From the NCBI GenBank assembly GCA_017556745.1, contig JAFYMF010000010.1, forward strand, positions 92,893 to 156,892: a stretch of 64,000 nt of DNA, given 5' to 3'. The stretch comes from Clostridia bacterium (GTDB taxonomy: Bacteria; Bacillota; Clostridia; Oscillospirales; CAG-272). Every line of letters begins with the position of its first letter. Within the stretch, counting starts at the first letter, position 1. Below are positions 20,545 to 31,311 of the stretch, in pieces. The notes below the pieces were generated by a model. The model saw nothing but the letters and a program-made list of their open reading frames with translations. It was not told the DNA's origin and did no database searches. A program made the position numbers and the translations under genes.

Positions 20545-21942
20545 TTGTCACTTGGAAATACCGCGTACGGGAAAGAAAGATTATCAGTTCTTCTTCGTGA
20601 CGTTAAAAGTATATATTTCCTTGGAATCGGTGGAATAAATATGTCCGCTCTTGCTCGTATGACTGTTGCACAAGGAATTCGAGCAGGCGGTTACGACCGA
20701 ACACGAAGCGCTATAACCGAGAAGCTCGAGAATTTGGGCATGGAGGTTTTTTATGAACTCGATACCGAGCATTTAAATGGATATGGTGCGTTGGTTTATA
20801 CGGTAGCTATCGGAGAGGATAATATTGAGTATCTGCGTGCTGTTGAGCTTGGTATACCTGTTATATCACGTGCTGACTATATGGGTTATATTATGAGTGG
20901 TTATACCGAGAGGATCGGTGTGTCAGGCATGCATGGTAAGAGTACAACTACTGCAATGGTTGCTTCGGTTTTTGAGTATGGCGGAGGTGATCCAACAGTA
21001 CTCTCAGGCGCAGAGCTAAAGGGGATAGAGAGCTCATATAGGGGTGGCGGTATTGATAACCTCGTCTTTGAGGCGTGTGAGTATAAGGACTCATTCCTTG
21101 AATTTTATCCTTCGGTTGCTCTTATTCTTAACATTGATCTTGATCATCTTGATTATTTTTCAGGTATTGAACACATTCGTTCATCATTTTCTAAGTTTTT
21201 AAATAAATGTGATGATACAGGAACCGCTGTTCTTAATTTTGATGATAAAAACATTAGAATGGTTGCTGATGAATATAAAGGCAACATAGTAACCTTTGGT
21301 GTTGATTCGGAGGACGTTGACTACAGAGCCGTTAATATAGAATATAACGGAAAAGTTTGCGGATTTGATCTTTTATATAAGTGCGAATTTTACTGCCACA
21401 TTGACCTTTCCGTTTCCGGTGAACATTATGTTCGAGATGCCCTTGCTGCTGCTGCGGCCGCTGCCTCTTGCGGTATAGGAAAGGACGGTATTATAAAAGG
21501 TCTTGCGACATTTACCGGTGTACACAGACGTATGGAGTACAGAGGAAAGTATTTTGGCGCAGATGTTTTTGATGATTATGCTCATCATCCGAAGGAGATA
21601 AGAAGTACCTTCTCGGCTATTGAAAAAATGGGATATAATAATGTGTGGTGTGTTTTCCAACCACATACTTATTCCCGAACGGCAACACTCTATGATGATT
21701 TTGTTTCAGCTTTTTCCGAATACAATATTAACGTGATTCTTTCTGATATCTATGCCGCAAGAGAAACCAACCAGTGGGGTGTGTCCTCGGAAAAACTTGC
21801 GGATGATATTTCAAATGCACATTATTTTGGTACGTACAATGAAATCCTTTCTTTCCTTAAGAATGGAATTAAGGAAGGGGATTCCATAATAATAATGGGA
21901 GCAGGCGATATTTGTTCTATTTTAGGAGAAATGGGTTTATAA
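20545..21942 (+). CDS. murC: UDP-N-acetylmuramate--L-alanine ligase
   Basis: GIGGINMSALA and GVSGMHGKSTTT P-loop motifs, with Mur ligase middle and C-terminal domains. TTG start is tentative. Confidence 0.9.
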   Translation: MSLGNTAYGKERLSVLLRDVKSIYFLGIGGINMSALARMTVAQGIRAGGYDRTRSAITEKLENLGMEVFYELDTEHLNGYGALVYTVAIGEDNIEYLRAVELGIPVISRADYMGYIMSGYTERIGVSGMHGKSTTTAMVASVFEYGGGDPTVLSGAELKGIESSYRGGGIDNLVFEACEYKDSFLEFYPSVALILNIDLDHLDYFSGIEHIRSSFSKFLNKCDDTGTAVLNFDDKNIRMVADEYKGNIVTFGVDSEDVDYRAVNIEYNGKVCGFDLLYKCEFYCHIDLSVSGEHYVRDALAAAAAAASCGIGKDGIIKGLATFTGVHRRMEYRGKYFGADVFDDYAHHPKEIRSTFSAIEKMGYNNVWCVFQPHTYSRTATLYDDFVSAFSEYNINVILSDIYAARETNQWGVSSEKLADDISNAHYFGTYNEILSFLKNGIKEGDSIIIMGAGDICSILGEMGL

Positions 21943-21987
21943 TCGGTAAATAATAACCGATACAGAAGAGAAAAACGGAGGAAGTTT

Positions 21988-23631
21988 ATGCAGATATCGA
22001 ATTATTTAAGTTTGCTTGGTGGTCTCGCGTTATTCCTTTACGGAATGCAGATGATGAGTGATGGTCTTGAAGATGCTGCCGGCAACAAAATGAAAAAGAT
22101 ACTTGAGAAGCTTACTACGAACAGATTCCTGGGTATTCTTGTGGGTGCGGGAATAACTGTTGCTATTCAGTCCTCATCAGCTACGACTGTCATGGTTGTT
22201 GGATTTGTTAACTCAGGCATGATGACTCTCCGCCAGGCTGTGTGGATTATCATGGGTGCTAATATCGGTACAACGGTAACAGGTCAGCTTATTGCTCTTG
22301 ATGTCGGTATGCTTGCACCTCTTGTTGCATTCCTCGGCGTTGCTCTTATTGTGTTCCTCAAGATGCCCAAGGTACATCATATAGGCAGGATTATGGCAGG
22401 TCTTGGCATATTGTTTATTGGTATGGAAATGATGAGTGCATCAATGAACCCGTTGCGTGATGCGGAGTGGTTTGTTGATATAGTCAAAAACTTTTCCAAT
22501 CCTCTTGTCGGTATACTTGTAGGTGCGTTGTTTACAGCTATCATTCAGTCTTCTTCTGCTTCTGTCGGTATTCTTCAGGCCTTGGCTGTATCGGGGGTAA
22601 TTGGGCTTCCTACAGCAGTATACGTGCTTTTCGGTCAGAATATCGGTACTTGTATTACAGCGCTTCTTGCATCTATCGGTGCAAATAAAAGTGCTAAAAG
22701 AACTACCGTTATTCACTTAATGTTTAATATATCCGGTACAATATTGTTTACCCTTATTTGCATGCTTACACCTTTTACCGCATTTATGGAATCAATTACT
22801 GCAGACCCGGCATCACAAATAGCAAATATGCATACTGTGTTTAATATAGTTACAACCGTATTGCTTATCCCGTTTGGTAATGTTATGGCATCTTTGGCAG
22901 TTAAAATACTTCCTGATGCAGGTGAAAACATGGATGAGGGAGAGCTTTCACTTGCTTCCCTCAATGCAGAGTACCGTATAGGTGGTCGTACAGGTCTTGG
23001 TGCAACTGCGGTTCATATTGATTTGCTCCGTAAAGAAGTAGAGAATATGGTATCTCTTGCTGGCGAGAACGTTAATCTTTGTTATCAGGTTATAATTGAT
23101 AAAAATACTGATTTACTTCCTGCCATAGAACAGACAGAAGAAACTATCGATTCCATGAACAAGGAGATATCTCAGTATATTTCCAAAATTCTTGCAGGAA
23201 ATCATGCAGGTCAAAATGTTGCTTCCATTGAGGAATATTTCCTTATTTCAGGAAATGTAGAGCGTATAGGTGACCATGCGGTTAATATCAGTGATTATAT
23301 AGAGGTCATTAACAGAAAGTCGATTAACTTTTCTGTAGAAGCAATAACCGAGATCAAGGAAATGCAGCTTATCACTAAAAAAGCGATCGATAAGGTTCTT
23401 AACAGAGATTCTGATCCAGCTGAGTGGCTCTCAAAAATTGCGGCTATGGAACAGCTGATAGATGACATGACAAAGACTTACCGCGAGGACCATCTCGAAA
23501 GAATGCGTAAGGGACTTTGTTCAGAAGAAGCATGTGTTTTGTTCTCGGAGCTTCTTATTGACTTCGAGCGTATTGGTGACCATGTGCTCAATATTGCACA
23601 GTCATATTCAAAGATATTTATAAATGAATAA
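21988..23631 (+). CDS. Na/Pi cotransporter family protein with a C-terminal PhoU-like domain
   Basis: Duplicated QSSSAT / QSSSAS motifs in the membrane domain. The C-terminus carries paired ERIGDH PhoU repeats. Confidence 0.85.
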   Translation: MQISNYLSLLGGLALFLYGMQMMSDGLEDAAGNKMKKILEKLTTNRFLGILVGAGITVAIQSSSATTVMVVGFVNSGMMTLRQAVWIIMGANIGTTVTGQLIALDVGMLAPLVAFLGVALIVFLKMPKVHHIGRIMAGLGILFIGMEMMSASMNPLRDAEWFVDIVKNFSNPLVGILVGALFTAIIQSSSASVGILQALAVSGVIGLPTAVYVLFGQNIGTCITALLASIGANKSAKRTTVIHLMFNISGTILFTLICMLTPFTAFMESITADPASQIANMHTVFNIVTTVLLIPFGNVMASLAVKILPDAGENMDEGELSLASLNAEYRIGGRTGLGATAVHIDLLRKEVENMVSLAGENVNLCYQVIIDKNTDLLPAIEQTEETIDSMNKEISQYISKILAGNHAGQNVASIEEYFLISGNVERIGDHAVNISDYIEVINRKSINFSVEAITEIKEMQLITKKAIDKVLNRDSDPAEWLSKIAAMEQLIDDMTKTYREDHLERMRKGLCSEEACVLFSELLIDFERIGDHVLNIAQSYSKIFINE

Positions 23632-23646
23632 AAGGAAAAATAAAAA

Positions 23647-24435
23647 ATGGGAAAGTTTTCAGGATATTTATTCTGTAGCGATATTGATGGCACTATAGTA
23701 GGGCAGGATGGTAAAATATCCTCGGAAAATGAGGAAGCTATAAGATATTTTCAGGAGAATGGCGGTTTGTTTACCCTTGCGACCGGTCGTTGGTTTGATT
23801 ATATACACAAATTCAAACCCGGATTTACTCCTAATACTCACGTAATATGCCTCAACGGTACGGTTTTATGTCATAAGGACACCGGAGATATTATAGTCTC
23901 AAGACCGTTTCACAAAACCGATGCTACTGCAGATAATATAAAAAGAATACTTACTGAGTTTCCGGAGATATGTGCCATAGATGTATTTCTTGATAGCGGT
24001 AATGACGGTATGAGTATTTCTGCAGAGGAACTACTTGCTACAGATATGGCTGAACTGAGAAAAATTGCAGATGAACAAACTATCTATAAGATGCTGCTTA
24101 TCCATTCTACGATTGATACCAGCAGAGTTGACAGTATGAATGAAAAGTTCGGCGATAAGTATGTGTTTGGAAGAAGTTGGCCTGAGGGTACAGAGGTTGT
24201 ATCGTACGATTCGGGAAAAGGGGCAATGATAGACATTTTAAGGGAAATGGCTGATACCCATATACACACAACAATTGCAGTCGGCGACTATGAGAATGAT
24301 ATCCAAATGGTAAAACACGCGGACATAGGTTACGCAGTTTTAAACGCAGCAGACGCTTTAAAAAAGGTTGCAGACAAAATAACTGTACATCATAATGACA
24401 GTGCAATAGCAAAAATAATAGCAGATCTGGACTAA
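23647..24435 (+). CDS. Cof-type HAD-IIB hydrolase
   Basis: CSDIDGT motif I and GDYENDIQM motif IV. Confidence 0.8.
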   Translation: MGKFSGYLFCSDIDGTIVGQDGKISSENEEAIRYFQENGGLFTLATGRWFDYIHKFKPGFTPNTHVICLNGTVLCHKDTGDIIVSRPFHKTDATADNIKRILTEFPEICAIDVFLDSGNDGMSISAEELLATDMAELRKIADEQTIYKMLLIHSTIDTSRVDSMNEKFGDKYVFGRSWPEGTEVVSYDSGKGAMIDILREMADTHIHTTIAVGDYENDIQMVKHADIGYAVLNAADALKKVADKITVHHNDSAIAKIIADLD

Positions 24436-24438
24436 ATA

Positions 24439-24478
24439 ATAACCGGTATGTCCCGTGATTACGGGACATACCGGTTAT
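24439..24478. terminator. Bidirectional terminator
   Basis: Perfect 18-bp stem ATAACCGGTATGTCCCGT / ACGGGACATACCGGTTAT with loop GATT, between convergent genes. Confidence 0.8.
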
Positions 24479-24672
24479 CTGTTTCTTTTTGCTATATCGC
24501 TTACAATGGCTATCATTTCTGCTTTTGTGGTCGTCCGTCTTGCTTTATCAAGAACGCTGGCCCTCTCCTCCTTAGTTAAAAGAGAAAAGTTGTTTACGGC
24601 ATCAATATTTTGCGCCAAGGAAACAGCCAGACCGATAGGCATACATTCATGTGAGTTTTGATCTTCTGTCAT
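24475..24672 (-). CDS. Small hypothetical protein (65 aa)
   Basis: ORF with a GGAGGGG RBS just upstream on the minus strand. No recognisable family. Confidence 0.4.
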   Translation of the reverse strand: MTEDQNSHECMPIGLAVSLAQNIDAVNNFSLLTKEERASVLDKARRTTTKAEMIAIVSDIAKRNR

Positions 24673-24726
24673 ATTACACCCCTCCTTGTTTATAGTGTTA
24701 CAGAGAAAAAGGTGTTTTATACAGAT

Positions 24727-25443
24727 TTAATCATTCATACTGTCATGATCTCGCCTTATCAGGAGATTGTCAAGCCATCCTTTTTTGAATTTTAATGCGG
24801 CATACCCAAACAGAGATGCAGAGAAAGCCCCTATAGTATCAACGATAATATCCTTCATTGTGTCTGCAAGAGCATTTCTTCCTATCAGATCTGTACCGTC
24901 ACTGAGAGCAAATTTCTGCATATTAACTCCCATAATACCGTCTACTGCAAATTCATATATCTCCCACAACGCACCAAGGGTAACACCAAAACAAAAGGCG
25001 AACAGAGCAACAAAAACAGGGGAGAGAATAAGATCAATTTTGGGCTCTTTATTAAGTAATGAAATAAAGGAGAATCCAAGTGCACCAAGCATAGCACCAC
25101 TAAAAGTGTGGAGAATAGTGTCAAAATGAGGAACAATATAGTAGAAGTTTCTGATCTCACCAAGAAAAATTGCACAATAGAGAAACAACCAGTATATGAG
25201 GTACATAGTTGATGGAATCTCAAGGCGGAGTTTTTTTGTAATTATACTCGGCAGGACCATGACAATGACTCCGAGCAGGCACTGTACAAGCATCAGTACG
25301 TAGTCACTGTAACTTCTTGAAACTGTATTATCGTATTTGTAGGTAACGAGTCTGATTATAAGAAAAACGATCGGTATAATAAAACTGAAGAAGACGAAGC
25401 TGCTGACGATCTTAATCCATCTGTCTTTAGTTTTATATTCCAT
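24727..25443 (-). CDS. Multi-pass membrane protein of unknown function
   Basis: 238 aa with about 6 hydrophobic segments. Conserved-looking WEIYEF motif. Confidence 0.5.
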   Translation of the reverse strand: MEYKTKDRWIKIVSSFVFFSFIIPIVFLIIRLVTYKYDNTVSRSYSDYVLMLVQCLLGVIVMVLPSIITKKLRLEIPSTMYLIYWLFLYCAIFLGEIRNFYYIVPHFDTILHTFSGAMLGALGFSFISLLNKEPKIDLILSPVFVALFAFCFGVTLGALWEIYEFAVDGIMGVNMQKFALSDGTDLIGRNALADTMKDIIVDTIGAFSASLFGYAALKFKKGWLDNLLIRRDHDSMND

Positions 25444-26705
25444 TATTTTTTGTTAATCTCCTTAAGTAATTCTTCTGCTGCAGACATTATACCTATTTTC
25501 CCGCTTTCATAAGTAAGTCCACCCTGGAAAAAAGCAGTATAAGGAGGTCTCATGGGACCATCTGCAGAAAGTTCTATTGATGCACCCTGAACAAATGTTC
25601 CTGCGGCCATAATGACCTGATCATTGTATCCGGGCATATCCCAAGGCTCAGGTGTAACAAAAGAATCAACCGGAGAACCGTACTGTATACCACGGCAGAA
25701 AGCACACAGAAGCTCAGGGGCATTCAGTTTAACTGCTTGAATAATATCGGCACGTTCCTCAAAGGGGGAAGGTTCAACCTCGTATCCGAGTGCATCAAAA
25801 ATATAAGCGGCAAAATGAGCTGTTTTGAGTGCCTGAGCGACGGTATGAGGCGCATAGAAAAGACCCTTGTAAAGGCTCTTGTTCTGACCGAGGGTAGCAC
25901 CAACCTCGCATCCCACACCGACAGAGGTGAGTCTATACGAGGCGAGTTCTACTGCTTTTTTGCTACCTGCAATATATCCGCCTGACTCTGCAATTCCGCC
26001 GCCGGGATTCTTTATGAGAGAACCCACAACAAGATCCGCTCCGTAAGATGAGGGCTCACACACGTCAACAAATTCGCCATAGCAGTTATCTGCTATAATG
26101 TATGCCTTTGTGTTTGATCTTACAAAATCAATGAGTTCCTTCATTTCTGCGGTTGTGAGAGTTCTTCTGTTTAGATACCCTTTTGAACGCTGGAAAAACA
26201 CAGCCTTAAGCTTACTTCCGCATTCATCAATGGCTTTTTTTACAGCAGGGAAATCGACTTTGCTATCCGGAGTCATTGCTACTTCTCTGTATTCAACTCC
26301 AAAGTCCGCAAGAGAACCGTCTCCATTTTTTGTGTTGCTTCCTATAACCTCATCAAGAGTATCATAAGGTTTTCCTGTTACCGAGAGAAGAATATCACCG
26401 GGACGAAGAATTCCGAAAAGAGCTATTGTAAGAGCGTGTGTTCCTGATACGATATTGTGTCTGACAAATGCGGCATCCGCACCAAACAGGTCTGCATAAA
26501 TGAGATCAAGAGTGTCACGACCGCGGTCATCGTATCCGTATCCGCTTGTACCGGCAAAAAGTGAATCACTTACTTTGTATTTCGCAAAGGTGTCCATAAC
26601 ACGGGCGGTGTTCTCGGTGGATTTTGCATCGATATTTTTAAAAACGGGCGCAAGAGCCTCTTCTGCTTTTTGCGAGAGTTCAAGTATTTTATCAGAAAAA
26701 AACAT
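25443..26705 (-). CDS. Methionine gamma-lyase family / aluminium-resistance (YnbB-like) PLP enzyme
   Basis: 420 aa. GTSGYGYDDRGRD ... VSGTHAL ... the IKNPGGG region is typical of the YnbB family. Confidence 0.8.
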   Translation of the reverse strand: MFFSDKILELSQKAEEALAPVFKNIDAKSTENTARVMDTFAKYKVSDSLFAGTSGYGYDDRGRDTLDLIYADLFGADAAFVRHNIVSGTHALTIALFGILRPGDILLSVTGKPYDTLDEVIGSNTKNGDGSLADFGVEYREVAMTPDSKVDFPAVKKAIDECGSKLKAVFFQRSKGYLNRRTLTTAEMKELIDFVRSNTKAYIIADNCYGEFVDVCEPSSYGADLVVGSLIKNPGGGIAESGGYIAGSKKAVELASYRLTSVGVGCEVGATLGQNKSLYKGLFYAPHTVAQALKTAHFAAYIFDALGYEVEPSPFEERADIIQAVKLNAPELLCAFCRGIQYGSPVDSFVTPEPWDMPGYNDQVIMAAGTFVQGASIELSADGPMRPPYTAFFQGGLTYESGKIGIMSAAEELLKEINKK

Positions 26706-26730
26706 TTTTATTATCCTGTACCTTTAGTTA

Positions 26731-27651
26731 TCAATAGTTTATTTTAATAAGTGCTTTTATTGTATCAGAGATAGCTTCTGCTGCAGGTGAATACACCTTC
26801 TCACTGTCTTTTCCTATGTTCTGTGTGGGTAGAGCAAGAGAAAGTGTTGGTATACCAATGTCCGAGAGATTTACTGACATAGCATCTCTCTTGGTATCAG
26901 TTACGGCACCCAGAGTATGATCTATCCTTTCTGAGCTGAGCATATCTGCGGCCTTTCTGAACATTTCTGTGTCAGAAAGTGTGATACCGTCCTTAGCAAG
27001 AAGTATAGGCAATTCCTTTGTACTCTCAAGTGTTCTCAGGACAATTGCTTTATCGGGCGAGGCTGTGTTCCAAACAGTTTTTAGCCCTCTGCCACCGGGT
27101 ATACCGCATACGGCAAATACTACAGTTACAGTGTTGTGTACATCGTAGTTATTGATACAATCAATGAGAGCTGAAATAATACATGCTATTCCCACTCTTC
27201 TACCGAGTAAATAACCTTCTTCTTCATTTACCGATGAAACAAAAGAGAGGTGATCACCGATATTAGGCGCAGCTTGATCTTCATCAGGTTCAAAATATAT
27301 GTCGGAAAGAGTGATATCTTTTTCTTTCTCAGAACAAACAGTACCTGTTATGCCACATCCTTTCAGCTTTGAGCCAACTATAGTACTGTAGTCTGTAACA
27401 GAGAAGGTTGGAGCTATTCTTATTTTTTCTTCGGGAAATGAGTAATTGACAAAAAATCCTTCGCTATCAATACTTACTGCGAGAAGAATGCTTTTGCAAC
27501 CATCACCGTCTTTTTTGATGTAAAGATTTCCCATCACGTCATAGCTTATCTTTGCTGACGGAGTAACTTTTTTTTCGATTAATGAGAGCAATTCTTTTTC
27601 TCTGCCGGAGACCGATATTGCATCGACTATATCCATCAAACGTTCCTTCAT
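26731..27651 (-). CDS. M42-peptidase-like protein, apparently catalytically degenerate
   Basis: 306 aa, colinear by eye with the two upstream M42 paralogs. However, SIDSEG replaces H-x-DEVG, and the DDR, EE, D and H metal-ligand motifs are not recognisable. Confidence 0.6.
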   Translation of the reverse strand: MKERLMDIVDAISVSGREKELLSLIEKKVTPSAKISYDVMGNLYIKKDGDGCKSILLAVSIDSEGFFVNYSFPEEKIRIAPTFSVTDYSTIVGSKLKGCGITGTVCSEKEKDITLSDIYFEPDEDQAAPNIGDHLSFVSSVNEEEGYLLGRRVGIACIISALIDCINNYDVHNTVTVVFAVCGIPGGRGLKTVWNTASPDKAIVLRTLESTKELPILLAKDGITLSDTEMFRKAADMLSSERIDHTLGAVTDTKRDAMSVNLSDIGIPTLSLALPTQNIGKDSEKVYSPAAEAISDTIKALIKINY

Positions 27652-28736
27652 CGGTTACCTCCTTTTGCGACTTCAGAAAGCTGAATGACGTCGCTTTTTA
27701 TTATAGCAAGAATAAGATCTTTAGTTGAATAGTAATCTTCCTCTGCAATTACACATGATGCAGAATGAAGATATCTGGTGGGGATAGATATTGCCGCGGT
27801 AGCGATTCCTCCAAGAGCGGAATGAACGGATGCCGCATCATTGCCTCCAGATACAAATCGCTTGGGTTGTGCTTTTATACCGTTTGATTTTGCGGTTTTG
27901 AGAACAAAGTCGTATACTGCAGACTGATATATAGTACCTCTGTCCATAAAGGAAATAGCAGGGCCTTCTCCTGTATATGCTACACGGGAATGATGAGGAA
28001 TATCAGCCAGGTCAGCAACTGCGGTTGATTCAAGAACAAGCGCAATATCGGGAGAAATTTGCTCGGTTGTGGTAAGAATTCCCGAGAAACTTATTTCCTC
28101 GCGAGTTGTAAAGGCAAAATACACATCGCAGTCAAATGTGGTATTATCGTTTTCACGGATTATATCACACATAACAGCACAACCAAATCTGTCATCTATG
28201 GCTTTTCCTCTTAACATCTTTCCGTCACCAAAACGAACAAAATCAGATGCAAAGGTTCCAACAGTTCCTACAGAAACAAAATTTTCAGCATCTTCTTTTG
28301 ATTTGGCACCAATATCTATTCTGAGATCGTTTGCGGAGGATACTGTTTTTTTCTCATCAGGAGAGAGGAGGTGAATGGGTTTGACTGATATTACACCATT
28401 GATAATACCGTTTGAAGAGATAAGCTTAACTGCTCTTGCACCGAGAACTGAGCCGTCTATTCCGCCGGCGGTCGCAAATGAAAGGCGGCCATCATCATCG
28501 ATCCCGGTAATGATAAATCCAACCTCATCCATGTGTGCGGATACCATTATTTTAAGATCAGATTTTCCGTTGCCTTTTTTTAACGCGACCACGTTTCCGA
28601 CTTTGTCACGGGTGATTTCCACAGAAGTTCCTTTAAGTATATCACAGATTGCATCTGCAACCGGAGCTTCGGCGCTTGATGGAGCAATGATATCACAAAG
28701 TTCTCTCAAAAGTTCAGTTCCGTATAAATTTTTCAT
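27648..28736 (-). CDS. M42 family metallopeptidase (TET/FrvX/YsdC-like aminopeptidase)
   Basis: SAHMDEVGF, AIDDRFGC, TTREEISF and TRYLHS motifs. 4-nt overlaps with both neighbours. Confidence 0.85.
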   Translation of the reverse strand: MKNLYGTELLRELCDIIAPSSAEAPVADAICDILKGTSVEITRDKVGNVVALKKGNGKSDLKIMVSAHMDEVGFIITGIDDDGRLSFATAGGIDGSVLGARAVKLISSNGIINGVISVKPIHLLSPDEKKTVSSANDLRIDIGAKSKEDAENFVSVGTVGTFASDFVRFGDGKMLRGKAIDDRFGCAVMCDIIRENDNTTFDCDVYFAFTTREEISFSGILTTTEQISPDIALVLESTAVADLADIPHHSRVAYTGEGPAISFMDRGTIYQSAVYDFVLKTAKSNGIKAQPKRFVSGGNDAASVHSALGGIATAAISIPTRYLHSASCVIAEEDYYSTKDLILAIIKSDVIQLSEVAKGGNR

Positions 28737-29770
28737 TTTGCGTTACCTCCAATTAGAGAGTTGTCGGTTATAATTGCAGATAACAATTCGGACATGGACT
28801 CGGCATCATCCATTGAGATTACTTCGACGGGGGTATGCATATTATAAAGCGGTAAGCTGAGAAGAACTGCAGGAACACCTGCCGCAAACTGAATATATTC
28901 GGCATTTGTTCCGGGGGCAGGGTTCTCAACAATTGTCTGGAGCTGAAGTCCTCGCTTGTTTGCAATTCTGACTATATTTTGTGTCATAGGTCTGTCAAGT
29001 GCAGATGAATAGGATATTGCGGCGCCACTATCAACCGCAATACACTTCTTTGAATCAATATCAGGTGATGCACCAAAGCCTACGTCAAGAACAATGGCCG
29101 CATCCGGAGAAATACGTTTTGCGGCAAGACGAGCCCCTACACATCCACCCTCTTCTTTGGCGGAAAGAACTACACATACATTGTATGGCATAAGCTCTTT
29201 TTCAAGGTTTGAAACTGTATACAAAGCAATAGCTACGGTAGACTTGTTATCAAGACCCTGTGCATAAAATTTGCCGTTCAGAAGATTTCCCTGCGACTTT
29301 GCATAGGATATTCTGTCACCGACACGGATGAGCTCACGCGCTCTTTCTTTAGTAAGACCGGTATCTATCAGTAATTCTTCGGGCGTTATAAGCTTATTTT
29401 CGGAATTTATGCTTCTAAGATGTGGCGGAGTAGATGCGGCAACCGCAAAAATATCTTCTTTTCCGTGTACTATGAGAGGTGCTGCGGGGAGTGCACGCAT
29501 ATCAGGTTGCCCCGATGTAACTACTCTGAGAAACCCATTTTCAAGTATTTCTGAAACAACAAGCCCCACCTCATCAAAGTGAGCATCGATCATAAGTAAA
29601 GGGGCATTGTCACGAGCTGAATACTTATAGAAGTATCTGTTTCCGATATCGTCTTTTTCAACTTTATCAAACAGATCTGAGGGGAACAGTGAGTCGTCTG
29701 CAAGAAGCTCTGTTCCGGACACTGTGGATACACTGCAGAGTGATAAAATAAAATCTTTAAGACTAAGCAT
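28733..29770 (-). CDS. M42 family metallopeptidase
   Basis: DAHFDEVGL, GLDNK, SAKEEGG, IVLDVG and YNMHTP motifs. Confidence 0.85.
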   Translation of the reverse strand: MLSLKDFILSLCSVSTVSGTELLADDSLFPSDLFDKVEKDDIGNRYFYKYSARDNAPLLMIDAHFDEVGLVVSEILENGFLRVVTSGQPDMRALPAAPLIVHGKEDIFAVAASTPPHLRSINSENKLITPEELLIDTGLTKERARELIRVGDRISYAKSQGNLLNGKFYAQGLDNKSTVAIALYTVSNLEKELMPYNVCVVLSAKEEGGCVGARLAAKRISPDAAIVLDVGFGASPDIDSKKCIAVDSGAAISYSSALDRPMTQNIVRIANKRGLQLQTIVENPAPGTNAEYIQFAAGVPAVLLSLPLYNMHTPVEVISMDDAESMSELLSAIITDNSLIGGNAK

Positions 29771-29782
29771 TTTTTTAATTCC

Positions 29783-31216
29783 TTATATTATTTCATTTAC
29801 TATCTTTTTGAATAATCGTCCACGTTCCTCGAAATTGTTAAATCTGTCAAAACTGGTAAATGCAGGAGAAAGAATAACAACATCTCCCGGAGCTGCTTCC
29901 TTGTATGCAGTGATAACTGCATTTTCAAAATCATCACATATAACGGCTTTTAGTCCGGAGCTATGGTATGAATGACATTTTTCAAGAGCTTCCTCTACCA
30001 TTTTTGTAGACTCTCCTGTGAGTATTGCTACTTTTGAACGAGCGCAAAGCGTTTCCGCGAGAGGGGCAAGATCAAGATGCTTATCTCTTCCGCCGATAAT
30101 TACGACGACATTACCGTTGAAGGAAGATAACGCCGCGGCGGTTCGGGTGGGAGATGAGTCTATTGAACTGTTGTAAAAACGCACACCGTTAACTTCACGA
30201 ACAAATTCGCATCTGTGCTCAACACCTGTGAATGTTGTTGCGATCTGCTTTATGGCTTCGATGGATACGTAGTCTGACACGGCAGATATTGCTGCCATAT
30301 AATTTTGCACGTTGTGTTTACCGGGAATAATGATATCGTCAGAGGACATAATGGGAGTGTTTACCCCGTCTTTTCTCATGATTATATCTTTTCCGTCAAG
30401 ATACACTCCACTTTTGTCTTTTGGCAGAGGGAATGAAGAAAAATATACTGTTTCATTTCCAGGAGTGTTCAGAAGTTCTGCTGTTTCTTCGCAGTCAAAA
30501 TTTACGGTGAGCTTGTGTGAATTACCGGGTGAAAAAATATTGAACTTAGCATTTTTATATTCTTCCATATCGATATGCCAGTTAAGATGATTTGGGGATA
30601 TGTTGGTGATGACCGAAACAAGAGGTGATTTTGTCATAGTCATAAGCTGGAAGCTTGAAAGCTCTACTACGGCAAAATCATTTTCCGTCATTTTTTCAGA
30701 TAGTGGAAGTAACGGAGAACCTATATTTCCGCCAACGAAAACCTGGCCAAGTTTTCGTTTCTCGCATTCGAGAGAGAGCATTTTATATATCAGTGTTGTG
30801 GTTGTTGTTTTTCCGTCACTGCCGGTTACACCTATTATCTTTGCCGGGCAGACCTCAAAGAAGAGTTCCATTTCAGAAGACAGAACACATCCTCTATCTA
30901 ATGCTGACGAGATCTCTTTGATGTCCGGGCGAATTCCCGGGGAACGAAATATTACAAAGTCACCACTGTCAAGAGCAGAAAGATAGTTGTCGCCCAGAGA
31001 AAGCTTTACACCCAGCGACTGTAATTTATCAGCACAAGAAAGGGAAGTGAGATCCTTTTTATCACATGCGGTTACCTCTATTCCCATATCGCAAAGTATA
31101 TTGATAAGCGGAAGATTTGAAACACCTATACCTAAAACTACCGCTTTTTTCTTTTCTTTTAGAATTTTCAACGTTTCGCTGTTATTTACGCAAAAAGACA
31201 ATGTTATCATCTCCAA
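29783..31216 (-). CDS. murD: UDP-N-acetylmuramoylalanine--D-glutamate ligase
   Basis: GVTGSDGKTTTT P-loop, Mur ligase architecture, and an N-terminal Rossmann-like VLGIGVSN. Confidence 0.9.
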   Translation of the reverse strand: MEMITLSFCVNNSETLKILKEKKKAVVLGIGVSNLPLINILCDMGIEVTACDKKDLTSLSCADKLQSLGVKLSLGDNYLSALDSGDFVIFRSPGIRPDIKEISSALDRGCVLSSEMELFFEVCPAKIIGVTGSDGKTTTTTLIYKMLSLECEKRKLGQVFVGGNIGSPLLPLSEKMTENDFAVVELSSFQLMTMTKSPLVSVITNISPNHLNWHIDMEEYKNAKFNIFSPGNSHKLTVNFDCEETAELLNTPGNETVYFSSFPLPKDKSGVYLDGKDIIMRKDGVNTPIMSSDDIIIPGKHNVQNYMAAISAVSDYVSIEAIKQIATTFTGVEHRCEFVREVNGVRFYNSSIDSSPTRTAAALSSFNGNVVVIIGGRDKHLDLAPLAETLCARSKVAILTGESTKMVEEALEKCHSYHSSGLKAVICDDFENAVITAYKEAAPGDVVILSPAFTSFDRFNNFEERGRLFKKIVNEII

Positions 31217-31311
31217 CTGTAAAATATCTCAATATATTATATACCAATCATATCTCTTATGCAAGCAAGATGGTAAAAAATAACACATGTTTAGGCAATA
31301 AATTATTCTGC

